Shown here: piece after piece, positions 27,058 through 40,714 of the stretch
Layout of the letters: every line of letters starts with the position of its first letter
Numbering within the stretch: position 1 is the first letter of the stretch
Assembly: GCA_964016885.1 (NCBI GenBank)
Contig: OZ024741.1
Coordinates: 293,322,001 to 293,386,000 of the forward strand
Direction: 5' to 3'
DNA: 64,000 bases
Source of the DNA: Eledone cirrhosa
Lineage: Eukaryota
Notes under the pieces: model-generated
Databases searched by the model: none
What the model saw: only the letters and a program-made list of their open reading frames with translations
Told to the model about the DNA's origin: nothing
Made by a program: the position numbers and the translations under genes

Positions 27058-27399
27058 CAAAGTGATTAATAGGATCTTGACATGATGTGTTCTAACAATG
27101 ATGGCTACATGAGATTCACATACACAGAAGTATGCATGTATATACATATATATATACACACACACACACATAATTGCATACATACATATGTGTGTGTGTA
27201 TGTATAAAAATACATGTGTGTGTGTGTGTGTGAATAGTTATATAAATATGCATATGTGTAAGATATATGAACATATATACTTACAAATACATATACATAT
27301 GCGCAAACATAAACATATTTGTATGATATATATGTATAGATTATAAGCATAAACATACCACATTTGCACACACACACACAAACATACATATATACATAC

Positions 27400-27436
<37 letters not shown>

Positions 27437-27739
27437 CTTGATATGTTATAAATCAAAGGTCCTGTTTCTAACTTATTTGGTGTCAATATTTCACTTGAAG
27501 AAACACAAAAACTTTGCTGTCACTACCACCATGGAAGCAGCAGCAGTAGACGTAACTATCATCAACATCATCACTACTTCCACCACCACAATCATCACCA
27601 TCACCATTGTCATTATCATCATTACTATCATCATCACCAATATCATTGTCATCAACATCATCATTTTCACTACTACTTCAACCACAATCACCATTATTAT
27701 CATTGTCATCATTACTATTTTCATTATCGTCATCACCAA

Positions 27740-28712
27740 CACTGAAATATGCAGATGACATCAAGCTGTACCTTGAGATAAAAAGGACAGATCCTGAACA
27801 CTATAGATCTTGCCTGCAATCTGACCTGGACACAATGCAACAATGGATCACAGACTGGCAACTCAAACTAGCTGTGGACAAGTGCACCACCATGCATTTT
27901 GGGAGTAAAAACCCAGCGTCCACATACTCCCTCTACAACACTGATATCAAGAAGTCTTCTTGTGAACGTGACCTGGGCATTACGATCAGCAGCGATTTGC
28001 GTTGGATGAAGCACGTCTTTAAAATTGTCAAGAAGGCTGAGGCTGTCTTAGCATCACTCAGCAAGACCTTTGTCAGCCACTTTCCAGATATCTATTTAAA
28101 GCTGTACATAACTATGGTGCGGCCACACTTAGAATTTGCATCACCAGTCTGGAATCCCTATCTTACTCAGAACATTGACCACCTGGAAACTGTTCAGAGA
28201 TGTGCAACCAAGTGAATACCCTCCATCAGGCATCTTCCATACTCTGAACACCTTGCTTTCCTGGGCAGGGATACATTGAAGCTCCAATGTCTGGCAACTG
28301 ACTTAGTAAATACCCACACAATTATTAACCATCTTACCAACAACAACCCTGAGTACCTTTTTGATTTCCATGTGTCTAACACATGTGGGCATGCCCACAA
28401 AGTCAGAAAACAGCACACTTCCCATGACTTTCAGAACCATTTTTTCACGCTCAGAGTTGCTGAAGCATGGAACAAACTACCTTCATCAGTTGTTAGCTGT
28501 TGAAACACTGCATCCTTTAAAATCTCCATGCTTCCTGAGATTCGCCACAATACACCTAATATTCCCCCTCCATACACATACACACATGTATATCATGACT
28601 CATACACTATTCACTTCCCTGACATTTGTATATTATTCTATGTACTATACATGCACTTTTGATGAGTTGTAGTGCACCTGAGCACTGTACACAATAATTT
28701 CATTATTATTTT
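27740..28712 (+). mobile_element. CR1-clade LINE 3' fragment (RT C-terminal half and 3' UTR), pseudogenised
   Basis: KYADDIKLY, LQSDLD..W...WQLKLAVDKC, ERDLGI, RPHLEFASPVWNPY, LETVQR.ATK and FFTLRVAEAWNKLP, with in-frame stops. Confidence 0.92.
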
Positions 28713-28969
28713 ATTTGAATCAGCACCATCATCATCTTCATCTCCCTCATCACCACTATCATCAACATCGGCATTGTCATCATTATCGCCACCACCACCA
28801 CCACCACCACCACCACCACCCTCCTTGTTATTGCCATTATTATCACCATCATCCCTATGAATAAGCACCACCACCACCACTACCATCACCATTATACCAT
28901 TATCATTGCTACCACCATCAGCAAGAAACAATTTATTCCCTCTATTTGATGAATTAAAAGGTATTTGTA

Positions 28970-29155
28970 TAGCAACCGAATGTGTATGTATCTTTAGTGA
29001 CCTTATATGTATGCATATTTTTTTAGTGACCAAATATGTATGCATATTGTATAGTGACCATATATGTATGTATATTGTATAGTAACTAAATATGTATGTA
29101 TATTGTATAGCCACCAAATATGTATGTATATTCTATAACCACCAAATATGTATAT
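28970..29155. repeat. Minisatellite, ~28-bp unit (tgtatagtgaccaaatatgtatgtatat-like), ~6 copies
   Basis: Visible tandem units. Confidence 0.75.
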
Positions 29156-29769
29156 TTTTTAGGTTTCCATTCCACAAAATCCAATTTCTAAAAACATTAA
29201 TCAGTTACGCCAAATTTTTTCTTCTTGATATTCTTCTTCATTTTCTGCTTTTCATTTCTTTATCTTTTTCCCTGTCTTTGTCCCTTGGTGTTCCTCATTT
29301 TGTATTCTGTTTTCACCTTCCTCTGTTCCTTTCTCCTCTATTTTCTTCTATTGTTTTCTTTTCCCCACTCATCATCCTTCTTCCTCTCCCTCTCGTCTTT
29401 CTCCTTTTTATTCCTGGGAGGGTCATCAGAGACACATTCTATAGGGCCCTGTCAGAAGCCCTAATCTTCAAATAACAAAGCTGGATCCCCAAGTGAGATC
29501 AACTGAATTCATGTATTTTAGCCAACCATCTTACTCATGGTCTACCTCATGATCCACCCAACAACTCCATCACCATATCCTAGCAAGGATACTGCCCTAG
29601 TGTTAAGTGCTTCATATTTATTCCTGCAATTCAACTTTGATTCTAGAATCAATCTCACTCTACTAAAGTATACTTCGGCAAATTTAGTTTATATTTCCTG
29701 TTCCATCAAGTTTTCCTTTCCAAAATTCCCAGATATGTGTAGCGGTTATCATCTATTTGCTTAATGACC

Positions 29770-30365
29770 TCTCTTATTCCATCCACGTGTTTGATTTTCA
29801 GATTGAGTATGCCATATTTCTCTAAGCCAAATTCCATTTAGATTCCAGTCTAAAGCCATGCACAGCATCCATAAGTAAACTTATTTGGGATTCGTTTTTT
29901 CCATATAATTTTAAATCATCCATGAATAATAGATGATTGATCTTTTGCTGTTGTCCCTTAAACTCATACCTTGCTTTAGCTCTTCTCAAAATCATAATCA
30001 GAGGCAACATGCACATTACAAACAACAATGAAGACAAACTATCTCCCTAAAATATGTCTCTCCAGGTTTCAATTGTATCCAAACTTTGTCCATTGCATGT
30101 TAAATCGGTCTTCCATTTTTCCATACTTTTACCCAGAAAAAGTTCTTTGTAATTCTGAATATATTTAGGCATTCTATAATCCATGAGTGTTTCACCAAAT
30201 CATATGCCTTACAGTACTCAATCCATAGTATTGCCAGATTAGTCTTCCTTCTTTTGGAGTATCTTAGTATTGCCTTATCAATTAGCAACTGATCTGTAGT
30301 ACCTCTGCATTTTCGTTTATAACCCTTCTGCACTCTGGAAGAATATTGTTCTCATCCAAATGCTT
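29770..30365 (-). mobile_element. R4/Dong-like (RLE-group) non-LTR RT fragment, decayed
   Basis: [37 protein letters not shown] and INHLLFMDDLKLYG (FMDD catalytic motif), with frameshifts. Confidence 0.85.
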
Positions 30366-30879
30366 GTTGTTATCGACAGTATCGGTAGAGCATCGGACAC
30401 CATGCTTTGTAGCATAGAGTTACCTCCTTTTGCAATCTGATTTCAAATGCCACTGAACTTATGGGGGTGATAAAATAAAGTACCAGTAATACACTTTCCC
30501 CTCTCCAAAATTGTTGACCTTCTGCTTAAATCAGGACCTATTATTATTATCATTTCTTTTATTGGCTACAAGGGCACAAGACATTGTAGACAGTACAAAC
30601 ATGACATAGCAGGGGTTAGGTTGGAATTTACGAAGTAAAAGTGATGGAGGTAATGATATCAATGAGGACACATTAATAAATAGGTAATAATAATTAAAAC
30701 TAAAAATAAAATTACATTAATTAGAACTAACAATGCAGAACAGAGTAAGACATAGGAGAAAGTTCTCTTAAAATAGGAGAAAAATCTCATGGGGAGATTT
30801 GAGGTGCCCCAAACTCAACTTCAGATTACCCGGTTGAAGGAACCCCTCCCTGGTTGACCTCCACAACTTTCTGTTTGGT

Positions 30880-31158
30880 TTTGGTCATGTCTTCAAGGGT
30901 GTAACCATACTCACCATGTTTGGCCAATTTTGGGTTGGTTAGGTTATTTAACCCATAGTTGGGCTGGATTGCTATTGACTCTGAAGAGTTCATCTGCCCT
31001 TTTAACAGCCCTTGTTTTTTGTGATGCTGGGTTTCAACTTACCCTCCTCAACAGACCAGGGTTTAATGGGATAGCTAGTTTAGTTGCTCGCCACTCGACC
31101 ATGAAGCAGATTGTATTGGGTTACATGGTACCAGTAACAGGCAGAAGCCTGACCTGAC
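30880..31158 (-). mobile_element. Second diverged copy of the putative RTE 5' UTR
   Basis: Colinear with 2850-3110 (attgactct.aagag.tc, accctcctca, gtttagt.gc, gaccatg, accagta.ca, tgacctgac). Confidence 0.6.
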
Positions 31159-34072
31159 TCATGGGTTATTTAGATTACACCAAACACAGACTTGAATTCC
31201 TCTAACACACGAGAAGTAATGCTTTCTCTTGTTTCTTGCCCCCAGCCTACATATGTATAGTTAATATAAACCCATCTAGTCACACCATTTTAGATACTTT
31301 CAACCAATAATAAGAGTGGGTGTACAGTAACATGAAATGTCTTGCTCAAAGATGCAATAAACCTAAATTGGTTAAATTTCATTTACATATTTCTCAATTT
31401 TACCATATTTTAGGAATTTCTTAGAAACTCATAAAATCTTTTGATCATTATTAAATAACTAAATAGAATATTATTTGGAACTTTTATTACTTTTTTCTTG
31501 TTTTTATTTCATTTTTTAATATTTTTTTTGTCATTTCCTGGTTTGCTATCTTGAATGAGAAAACAAATAAATGAAAATAATTATTGTCAAGTTTATTCTA
31601 TATGGTTTGTGGTTTGGTGTGTGGTTTGTGGCGTGTCTGTGCATGACAGTGGAGGAGGGGGAAGAAATATAACCGTTTTTGTCAAGAAAACTATTTAGTG
31701 TCTCCATTAGACTTTAGTTAATAGCACTTATTGACAAAACAAAATTGAAAACACTACAAAAAAAAAACAATCCACTTTACATGACCAGGTGGGCACTGAA
31801 CTATGGTGGTGAAAACCCAGCCAACAGCATACAATGTGATTTGACTTATCTCTCCCCCTTCCACTAGCACTCCCTAGCAGCTATCCTGGACATCACTACA
31901 CCCCACCTACTTCATCTATGCCACCTCTAAAGCCCTTAGATACCTTCATTATTGCACATTCTACTCTCTCCATCCTAGAACTGGTGAGTACCATCCGCCA
32001 ACCCCACTTCACACTATTGACCAAACTATCCAAAACCATTATCTCACCGCATCCTCTTTCCCCTATGCTATCAAAAGTCACCCCTTCCACTTCCTTACTC
32101 ATCACCCTGTCAAATGACACCACATCTGCCATAATTTTATACTTATCTCTCGCCTGTCACTCCCATCTAGCTGTAGAAAGCTTGCCAAACAAATCAACCC
32201 CAGGGCATTACTAGTACTTTATGTCATCGCCCCCACCTCCCCATAAGGATGAAAAGCAACGCTAACCTTAGAAGGATTTGGATGACATGCCTCTAAGTAT
32301 GTTGTCTGACTCTCTACCAATACTGCCAATCCATCACCCTCACATTGTTATGTAATAATAAAAAAAATTAAAAACATGTGTGTCCATACTGTAAAGTGGT
32401 CATGTATGTGTCATGACAAAATGTGTCCAGCCCACACTCTTAAGTGGTTGTGTAGGTGTCACTATAAAAAGCACCCAGTATACACTGTAAATGTGGTTGG
32501 CCCTAGCAAGAGCATCCAGCTTAGGAAGGGCATGCAACCATGGATATTGGATGTTAAATGATTATGATGATGAAGAATTTCTTTTAAGTTGCCATACAGT
32601 AGAATTGTAAGTTGAAGAAAAGACCACAAAATAAAACTTAAGTGAATTAGTGTGAAAGGAATATGAATTACATTGAAACTGACTGAAAGGTACTAGTTTT
32701 ATAGGAGCCTTAGTCTAAATTCTTTCGTAATTGAGGACTCGTGTCAGTACTTCTTGATAATGTAATATATTGTCATACAGCCGTTTATCAAATTAATATT
32801 CTTAAACCTAATGAAATATTTATTAGTAACACTATTTTTGACTGTAATATATTTTTAAAAAATTATCTAAGCATCCAATATTTATGTCTGCATTCAACAT
32901 TAAAATTTTTTAAACTTTATTTTATATTATACAACATTCATTAAATATTTATACGTTGTTATATAATCCATTTGAATAAAACACTAAGTCAGAATTTGAA
33001 AATACCAGTTGACATTTTACTTATAGGTTCTAAATAAAATATAATTTATTACCCTATCAATTTAACTCGAACGTTTCAAACCTATCTGATCTATTAAGTA
33101 ATCAACATCAGCAAAGATAACGAGCCTCGTAATGGTTACCTAATTACTTTGTTTTTGACACAAGTAGTCCCGAATAAGATTTGATCTTCATAAAGTTACC
33201 TGACAAAGATAGTGTGTAAAGGTTGGCACTATATCTGTTTTGATGCATATTCTTTATAGTAAGTTAAATAAATTCTGTATCTAAGTATTCTATTTGAAAT
33301 ATTTATTGACTGCATGTGTTTCTTGTTTACATCTCTGACATTCAAATGTGTCTTGCAAATATAGAGCAATTGTAATAACTTTCATCTATAAAAGAATAAC
33401 AAAAATATAACCCCACTCTAGTCAAGGATTTGTGTTTGGCATAAGTACAGTTCAGTAACGGTCTCCGTAACATGATCTATGTATGTTCCTGTAACTCTTG
33501 AGTGAGTCATAAGGGCACCGCATTGACATATGACGTATCTAGGACACTTTTTAATACCTGGTAGAGCCCATCTCCTCTCCAGGTCTGAATACAGCAGCTT
33601 TCTTCCAGAGAAAGATAGAGTGAAAGAATGGAATAGAGGAAGAATTGACCCCAGTACTAGACAGGTACTTCTTTTTATTGAACTCGGAGGGATAACCTAT
33701 GAACCAAATTACCAAACGCAATCAGTCTTATATATATATCTCACTAATGGAAAAGGGGAAACAGAAGGAAAGAAAGAATAGGGAAATATAGAAAAAAAAA
33801 GAAAGAAAAAGAACAGGAATGGGGGAGATGGCAAGAGCTTTGGTGTCGCAGAAGAGAGGGGGAGGTTGATAGGGCTTTGGGTCTAGGGTAAGAGGGCAGA
33901 AGTGCTGCGTCCTGCTGACAAGACGGCAAAAGCATTCCCTCGGACGATGGCCAGCTACAACAGACCCCCAACCTTGCAGAGCTCCCTCCTCAGATGGGTT
34001 GCCGACACTCCAATCTTGCTAATTATTCCGCAGTCTCAGTCTCAATTAGGATTTAGTATTACTACTGTCTGC

Positions 34073-34114
34073 ATCGTCTAAAGATGGACCATACACCTGG
34101 TCTGAAACAACGAT
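34073..34114 (+). ncRNA. Decayed hammerhead ribozyme motif
   Basis: atcgt-CTAAAGA(from CTGAAGA)-tggacca-tacacc-tggtct-GAAAC-a-acgat. Stems I and II are intact, the core is mutated, and aataaa follows. Confidence 0.4.
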
Positions 34115-34712
34115 AATCTTAAGGTAATGTCAATAAATTCGTTTTAATTTTAACTTTTACTAAATATTCTTTATTTTTTAAGTTTTTTCTCCATAACCCT
34201 GACATTAAAATATTTAACATTACCTTATATGGTATAATTACAGTTAAATATCATACTCCCAGCTTTTCTGATGTCAACACTTTCTTGATAATATTTACTT
34301 TTAATGCAGTTTTGGATAAAGATTATGTTGTTAAAATTAGAAAAACAAACCTTCTCTATTTCAGAATTCGTCATTGTAAGCCTGACATTGTTTCTGCTGA
34401 CAATCTGTGACATTATATTCTTCCTTAGCAATAGTACCACTCCGAACTTTCTTAATGAAATTTTGTAGAGATATATTTTCGGCCATATCTATATTTTTCT
34501 ATATTTTAGTGTCAAACTTCCAGATTTTCTTTATTCATGAGCTTCTTAATAATGTAGTGATTTTTTTTTGGGGGGGGGGGGGGATTTGCAGACGACATAA
34601 CATGGCTGAGCATTTGGTATTAACTTTGCCTTTCATCCTTATGGGGTCGATAAAATAAAGCACCAGTAATGAAGAATAATGCTGTCCTTGTGCTAAAGGT
34701 AGAAACAATTAT

Positions 34713-35043
34713 TATAGGAAAAACACCCCAACTGATTTCAGTGGAAAATAATACTTTACCTGTTTTGTTTTTTTGTTGTTTTTTTTCGTGTGTTTTCTAC
34801 CAATTAAACTGTGGGACTGGAGCCTTGTCGAAAGTATAAGAGCCTTGTATCACATAAACTTACCTCCTAATATGCAGTGAAGGATTTTTTCCTCAGGAAA
34901 CAGACAGCTCCCCCCACCCTGTTTCCGTGGAAAAAGTTCTTTGCAACATATTAAGGGGTAAGTTTAATAGCACCCAAGGAAAAAAAAGAAAACAGGAAAA
35001 AGAAGTGTTCCCCACTGAAATTGTTGGTGGTGTTTTTCTATAA
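34713..35043. repeat. ~330-bp imperfect palindromic element / MITE
   Basis: Outer arms taggaaaaacacc..caac..atttcagtgg..cctgtttt / aaaacagg..ccactgaaat.gttg..ggtgtttttcta. Inner hairpin cttacc.c.taatatg..ggaaacag / ctgtttcc..catatta.g.ggtaag. Confidence 0.8.
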
Positions 35044-35227
35044 ATTTACATAACAGTGTCTACAGATATGTGCACCTTTAACGTAGTTCTCAGGGAAATT
35101 TAGCCTGATATGGCTGCCATCGAATTCTACAAGAGATGATATCCTATCCATTTCACACGATAGGCATGGGAAGTTCTGTAATAGTTAACTGCTTCAGCTT
35201 GAATTTTTCTGATCAAACGTAATGTCT

Positions 35228-35601
35228 CAGACATCATACTTTGCAGCATAGAGTTATGGCCCTCTACGTTTTGAGTTCAAATCTCGCAGAGGTTAACTTT
35301 GCCCTTTCATCCTTGCGGGGTCAATAAAATAAAGCACCAGTCATGCACCGGGGTAATTGCTGGCCTTGTGCCAAAATTAGAAACAATTATTAAAGTGGAT
35401 TGGCAGTACCAGTAGAGATTCAGATGATGCTTTGCAGCATAGTTATGGCCCTTTACGTTCTGAGTTCAAATCCCGCCGAGGTTAGCTTTACTTTTCATCC
35501 TTATGGGGTTGATAAAATAAAGCACCAGTAATGCACTGGATTCAATTTAATCGATTTTTCCCTCCCCCCAAATTTCTGGTTTTGTAGTAGCAATTATTAT
35601 T
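35228..35601 (+). mobile_element. Two tandem Meta-domain SINEs
   Basis: Two successive gagttcaaat..gaggtt...tttcatcctt..gggg..aataaagcaccag units joined at aattattaaag. Confidence 0.85.
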
Positions 35602-37178
35602 AAGGCAGGCCTTGACATTTAAATTGAAAGTATGTATAGAGCGTCGGACGTCAAATTTCATTTAGCGTAAGGTCTCCATATCAGTAAAATTTCCTACCAC
35701 CACCACCACCACTAATATCAGTGAGATATGTTACCTCTCATCTCCTCTATATTCACACGCACAAAAACAAAACAAAAAAACACATTAAAGAGTTATATGA
35801 TATAACAATGTCTTTTTTATTTTTTGCTTATGCCGTTATTTTTCTTTTATGGTTATCCAGTCATGATTTTCTTTTGATACACTCCCTAATGCATGCAAAG
35901 GTGTATTGTTGATTTTGTCCTCTATTTTCTGAGCACATCACCAGATAAATGAATTCAAGTGAAAGCCTTGCTATCTATCTTGTTATAGAACGTACATGTT
36001 TGATCTACCGCAGGATCCGTCACTGACATGACAAGGCTTGTTTACCAGTTTAGGATTTGTATTTGAAGGTGAGGTAGACCACGCACTAAAGTTGCACCAC
36101 AATCTGGTAAACTGGACACTAAAGTGTCACCTATTTATAGCTATAAATGTTAAGCTTTATTGAATTTTATTAAACATAGCAACATTTTCATGTTCTTTGC
36201 ACTCCCTATTGGCCCACCCCCTATTGAAAACAACACTAATGGCCCAGCTAAATACAGAGAGTAAATTACAAATGAAATGTTAATTCAATGCATTAATCAA
36301 CCAATTGACACTCCACTAACAGGCTTCTGGTATCCCCAAGACGTCATATTAGAACATTAGTACAATCTATTGCTTTCTCAATGTAGCCTTCTGTAATTCA
36401 TGTATATGTTAGTGTTTTTATAATATCTTCCCATTTATATTACGAAATTTAATTAATTTGGCTAATTTATCTCACTTCATTGCAATTTCATTCCACCTTT
36501 TACCTCTTACTGTAATTTCTGACCTGTCTTATTTTGTGATTTATTGTGCTACTCTTCCAAATTCCACCCTCGTTTTCTTTCAGACTCTCCTAATAAACAT
36601 TGTTTCCTTATAGCACCCTTCCATACCTAGAGATAATATAAGCGATATATCTTTACATGTGGTTAATATTACACTTTTTATAATTCGACACATGGTTAGT
36701 CCATAATCCACAAATGTATTGTCGATCTAATTTATATTATATTTATTTTCTCTGTGGCAGCATTGAGGCTTTGTAACTACAAATGTATGCACATCAGTGC
36801 ACAGGCTAGTTAGCGTTCATGCATTTTCTTTATCATCACGCATTTTGCTGGAAATTCCAACATTTTAGTAAATCTACCAAATTGAAAATATTTTGTTTTA
36901 CTCCACTATATTCAGACACTCTTGCAGCTTATTCCCTATTCTGCAAAAAATAAATACTTCCTGATGTCAATTTAAACATAAGCCCGATCTCCAACCACCG
37001 CCTTTTTATTTTATTGTACAACCAGTCGGAACTCCATTTAAACAACAGACAAATTCAAACAGATAATTTCCAACTCTATTATAAAAGATTTTAACGTTAT
37101 AACATTTATTATAATGTTAAAATTGCTTAAAATAGTGCCTGTACAGGTGTATACATTTTTTGGGACACACTGTATATA

Positions 37179-38345
37179 CAGGGTACGGACGATATCTGTT
37201 CGCAAGATTGCTGTCTAAGAAGATATAATACGGTAGTTTTATTTTTTAAGATATATTTATCAAACTTGGGTCAGTTTGTCTTCATAACTTGTTCTTTCGA
37301 TCTCACTCGATAAACCTGCCATTGGCTTTGATGACAGCCTCAAGGCGGCCTCGGAAGCGGCTACAGGCCTTCGTCACTGTCCCCCGACTTAGGCCCCTAA
37401 AGGCACTTGTGATCCTGGCCTTCGGATCGTCTTTCGTATTGATGCTAGATCTGTTGGTGTCTCGTTCCACTGCGCCCCACACAAAGAAGTCGAGGGGGTT
37501 GCAGTCAGGCGAGCTGGGAGGCCAGATGTCATGTGAAGTGTGGTCGACGAAGTTCTCTGACAGCCAGGCTTGGGTTTTTCGGCTGGTATGGCAGGGCGCT
37601 GAGACGTGCTGCCACACGTATAGCCTACCTGCAGCTACCTGGTCGATCCAGAACGCGGATGTAGCCATCGGTGTTCAGCTTGAGGCCCTCGGGGAAGAAG
37701 TGAGGTGGCGCGACGTCACCTTGACTGCTGACGACACCTAAGACCAATGTTGTCGCTGGAAACTTTGTCTGCGTGACTCTGGGCACGTCGTTGGATGAGA
37801 CAGCGAGCCACCTGTTGTTCTGGGAGTTGATCTTCTGGTCTTGGCAGAAGTTTTTCTCGTGGGAGAAAAACCACAGAATGTATGGCGCCAGTGGGTGTTT
37901 CAACTTGTTGATCAGCTTCTTTGCGTGCTTCAGTCGTTTTTCTTGCATGGCCTTTGACAGAAATTGTCCTTTCCTCATCTTGTATGAAACGTAGCGAATG
38001 TCTTCATGTACCACCAGCCTAATGAGCTTTTCATCCACCCCTTTCTCCCTTGCAATGGTACGCATCGACTTGCTAGGTTCATTGTTGATGATATCCTGAA
38101 CTTCGGCGACGAACTCGGGCATTCTGAGGCGATCATGTATTTTCCTCTTTGATGTTGCTTCGTAGTCGAATCTTGAAACTTTCAATTCCTTTCTGACCTT
38201 TTCCACCATTCTCCTGCTGACGCTGAGAAAGTCTGAAATTTCCTTATTTGTCCTCCCGGCGCGGATTCCAAGAAGAACTCCGTGTCTCTTCCACAAATTT
38301 GGAGGTTCAAAATTATTCATAATCAATTATTCTGAGAAAAAATAA
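37179..38345 (-). mobile_element. DD37D (maT-type) Tc1/mariner transposon, near full length, 5' TIR lost in the microsatellite
   Basis: Right TIR cagggtacggacgatatctgtt. The transposase spans two ORFs (37625-38326 and 37303-37668). Confidence 0.93.
37303..38320 (-). pseudogene. DD37D transposase pseudogene
   Basis: HTH N-terminus, WFFS(H)EKNF, VWQH(V)SAPCH and WPPSSPDCNPLD, with 37 residues between the 2nd and 3rd catalytic positions. A 20-bp deletion causes a frameshift near 37650, and the first two catalytic Asp are substituted. Confidence 0.9.
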
Positions 38346-38542
38346 AATTAGTATGTATATATATACATATATATATATATATACATATATAAAATTATGT
38401 ATGTATATATATATATATATATATGTGTACATATATATGTATATATATATATATATATACATACACATATATATACCTATATATATGCATATATATATAT
38501 ATCTATATATATGTGCGTATGTATATATATATATATGTGTAT

Positions 38543-38641
<99 letters not shown>

Positions 38642-38656
38642 CATACATATATACAC

Positions 38657-38691
<35 letters not shown>

Positions 38692-38920
38692 GTAATAATA
38701 ATAACTTTGAAGACTAAAATCCAAAGAGGGCTCGATAAGGATAAATATATATCAAATATATAAGAACCGTAGAGCAAATATTTATTAAAATAACAAATGT
38801 TTACTTCTGCGTTCACAGATTGATTTTTTTTAGTTTCAGAAGATCCCGTTAAGGATGAAAGCAGCTTTTCTTTTCTTAAACTTTAATCTGTTAGTTTAAT
38901 AAATATATATATATATATAT

Positions 38921-39235
38921 GAAGGCACATGGATTAGTGGTTAGAGCATTGGCCTTGCAATCGAAAGGTTGTGAGTTAAATTCTCAGACCGAGTGATGTG
39001 TTGTTTCCTTGAGCAAGACACTTTATTTCACATTGCTCCAGTTTACTCAGCTGTAGAAATGAGATGATAGGACTGGGGTCCATATCATTCCACTGCAAAG
39101 TTGTCGTGGAGGTGCCACGGAAAAAAAGCACACAGCACTCACTGTATCAAGCCAGAATCAGTTCCCATCCCACTCCTGCAAGCAGGGAAAAGCGGACGTA
39201 AAATGATGATGATGATGATGATGGTGGTGATGATA
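38921..39235 (+). mobile_element. tRNA CORE-SINE with RTE tail (small internal deletion) in (TA)n
   Basis: Same family as 16863-17202. Confidence 0.88.
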
Positions 39236-39495
39236 TATATATATGGAGATGGCGATAGTTTAACTGCATTGGTAGGAATGGAATTTCAATTGCTGCTATA
39301 CCAATATTTTATATAACAGTTTTTCAATGTCTCTCTTTCCCTTCTCTCTCTTTTTCTCTCGCTCCATCCAAAAAAGTGAAAAAGTCAACTTAGAAATCAA
39401 AATACAAAGTCAATAATGAAAGGCATTAATAAAAGCACTATTGCAGAAAAAAGTATGTTGTTACGACTACAAAATATTTTATTAACTCTTTAAGC

Positions 39496-40714
<1,219 letters not shown>

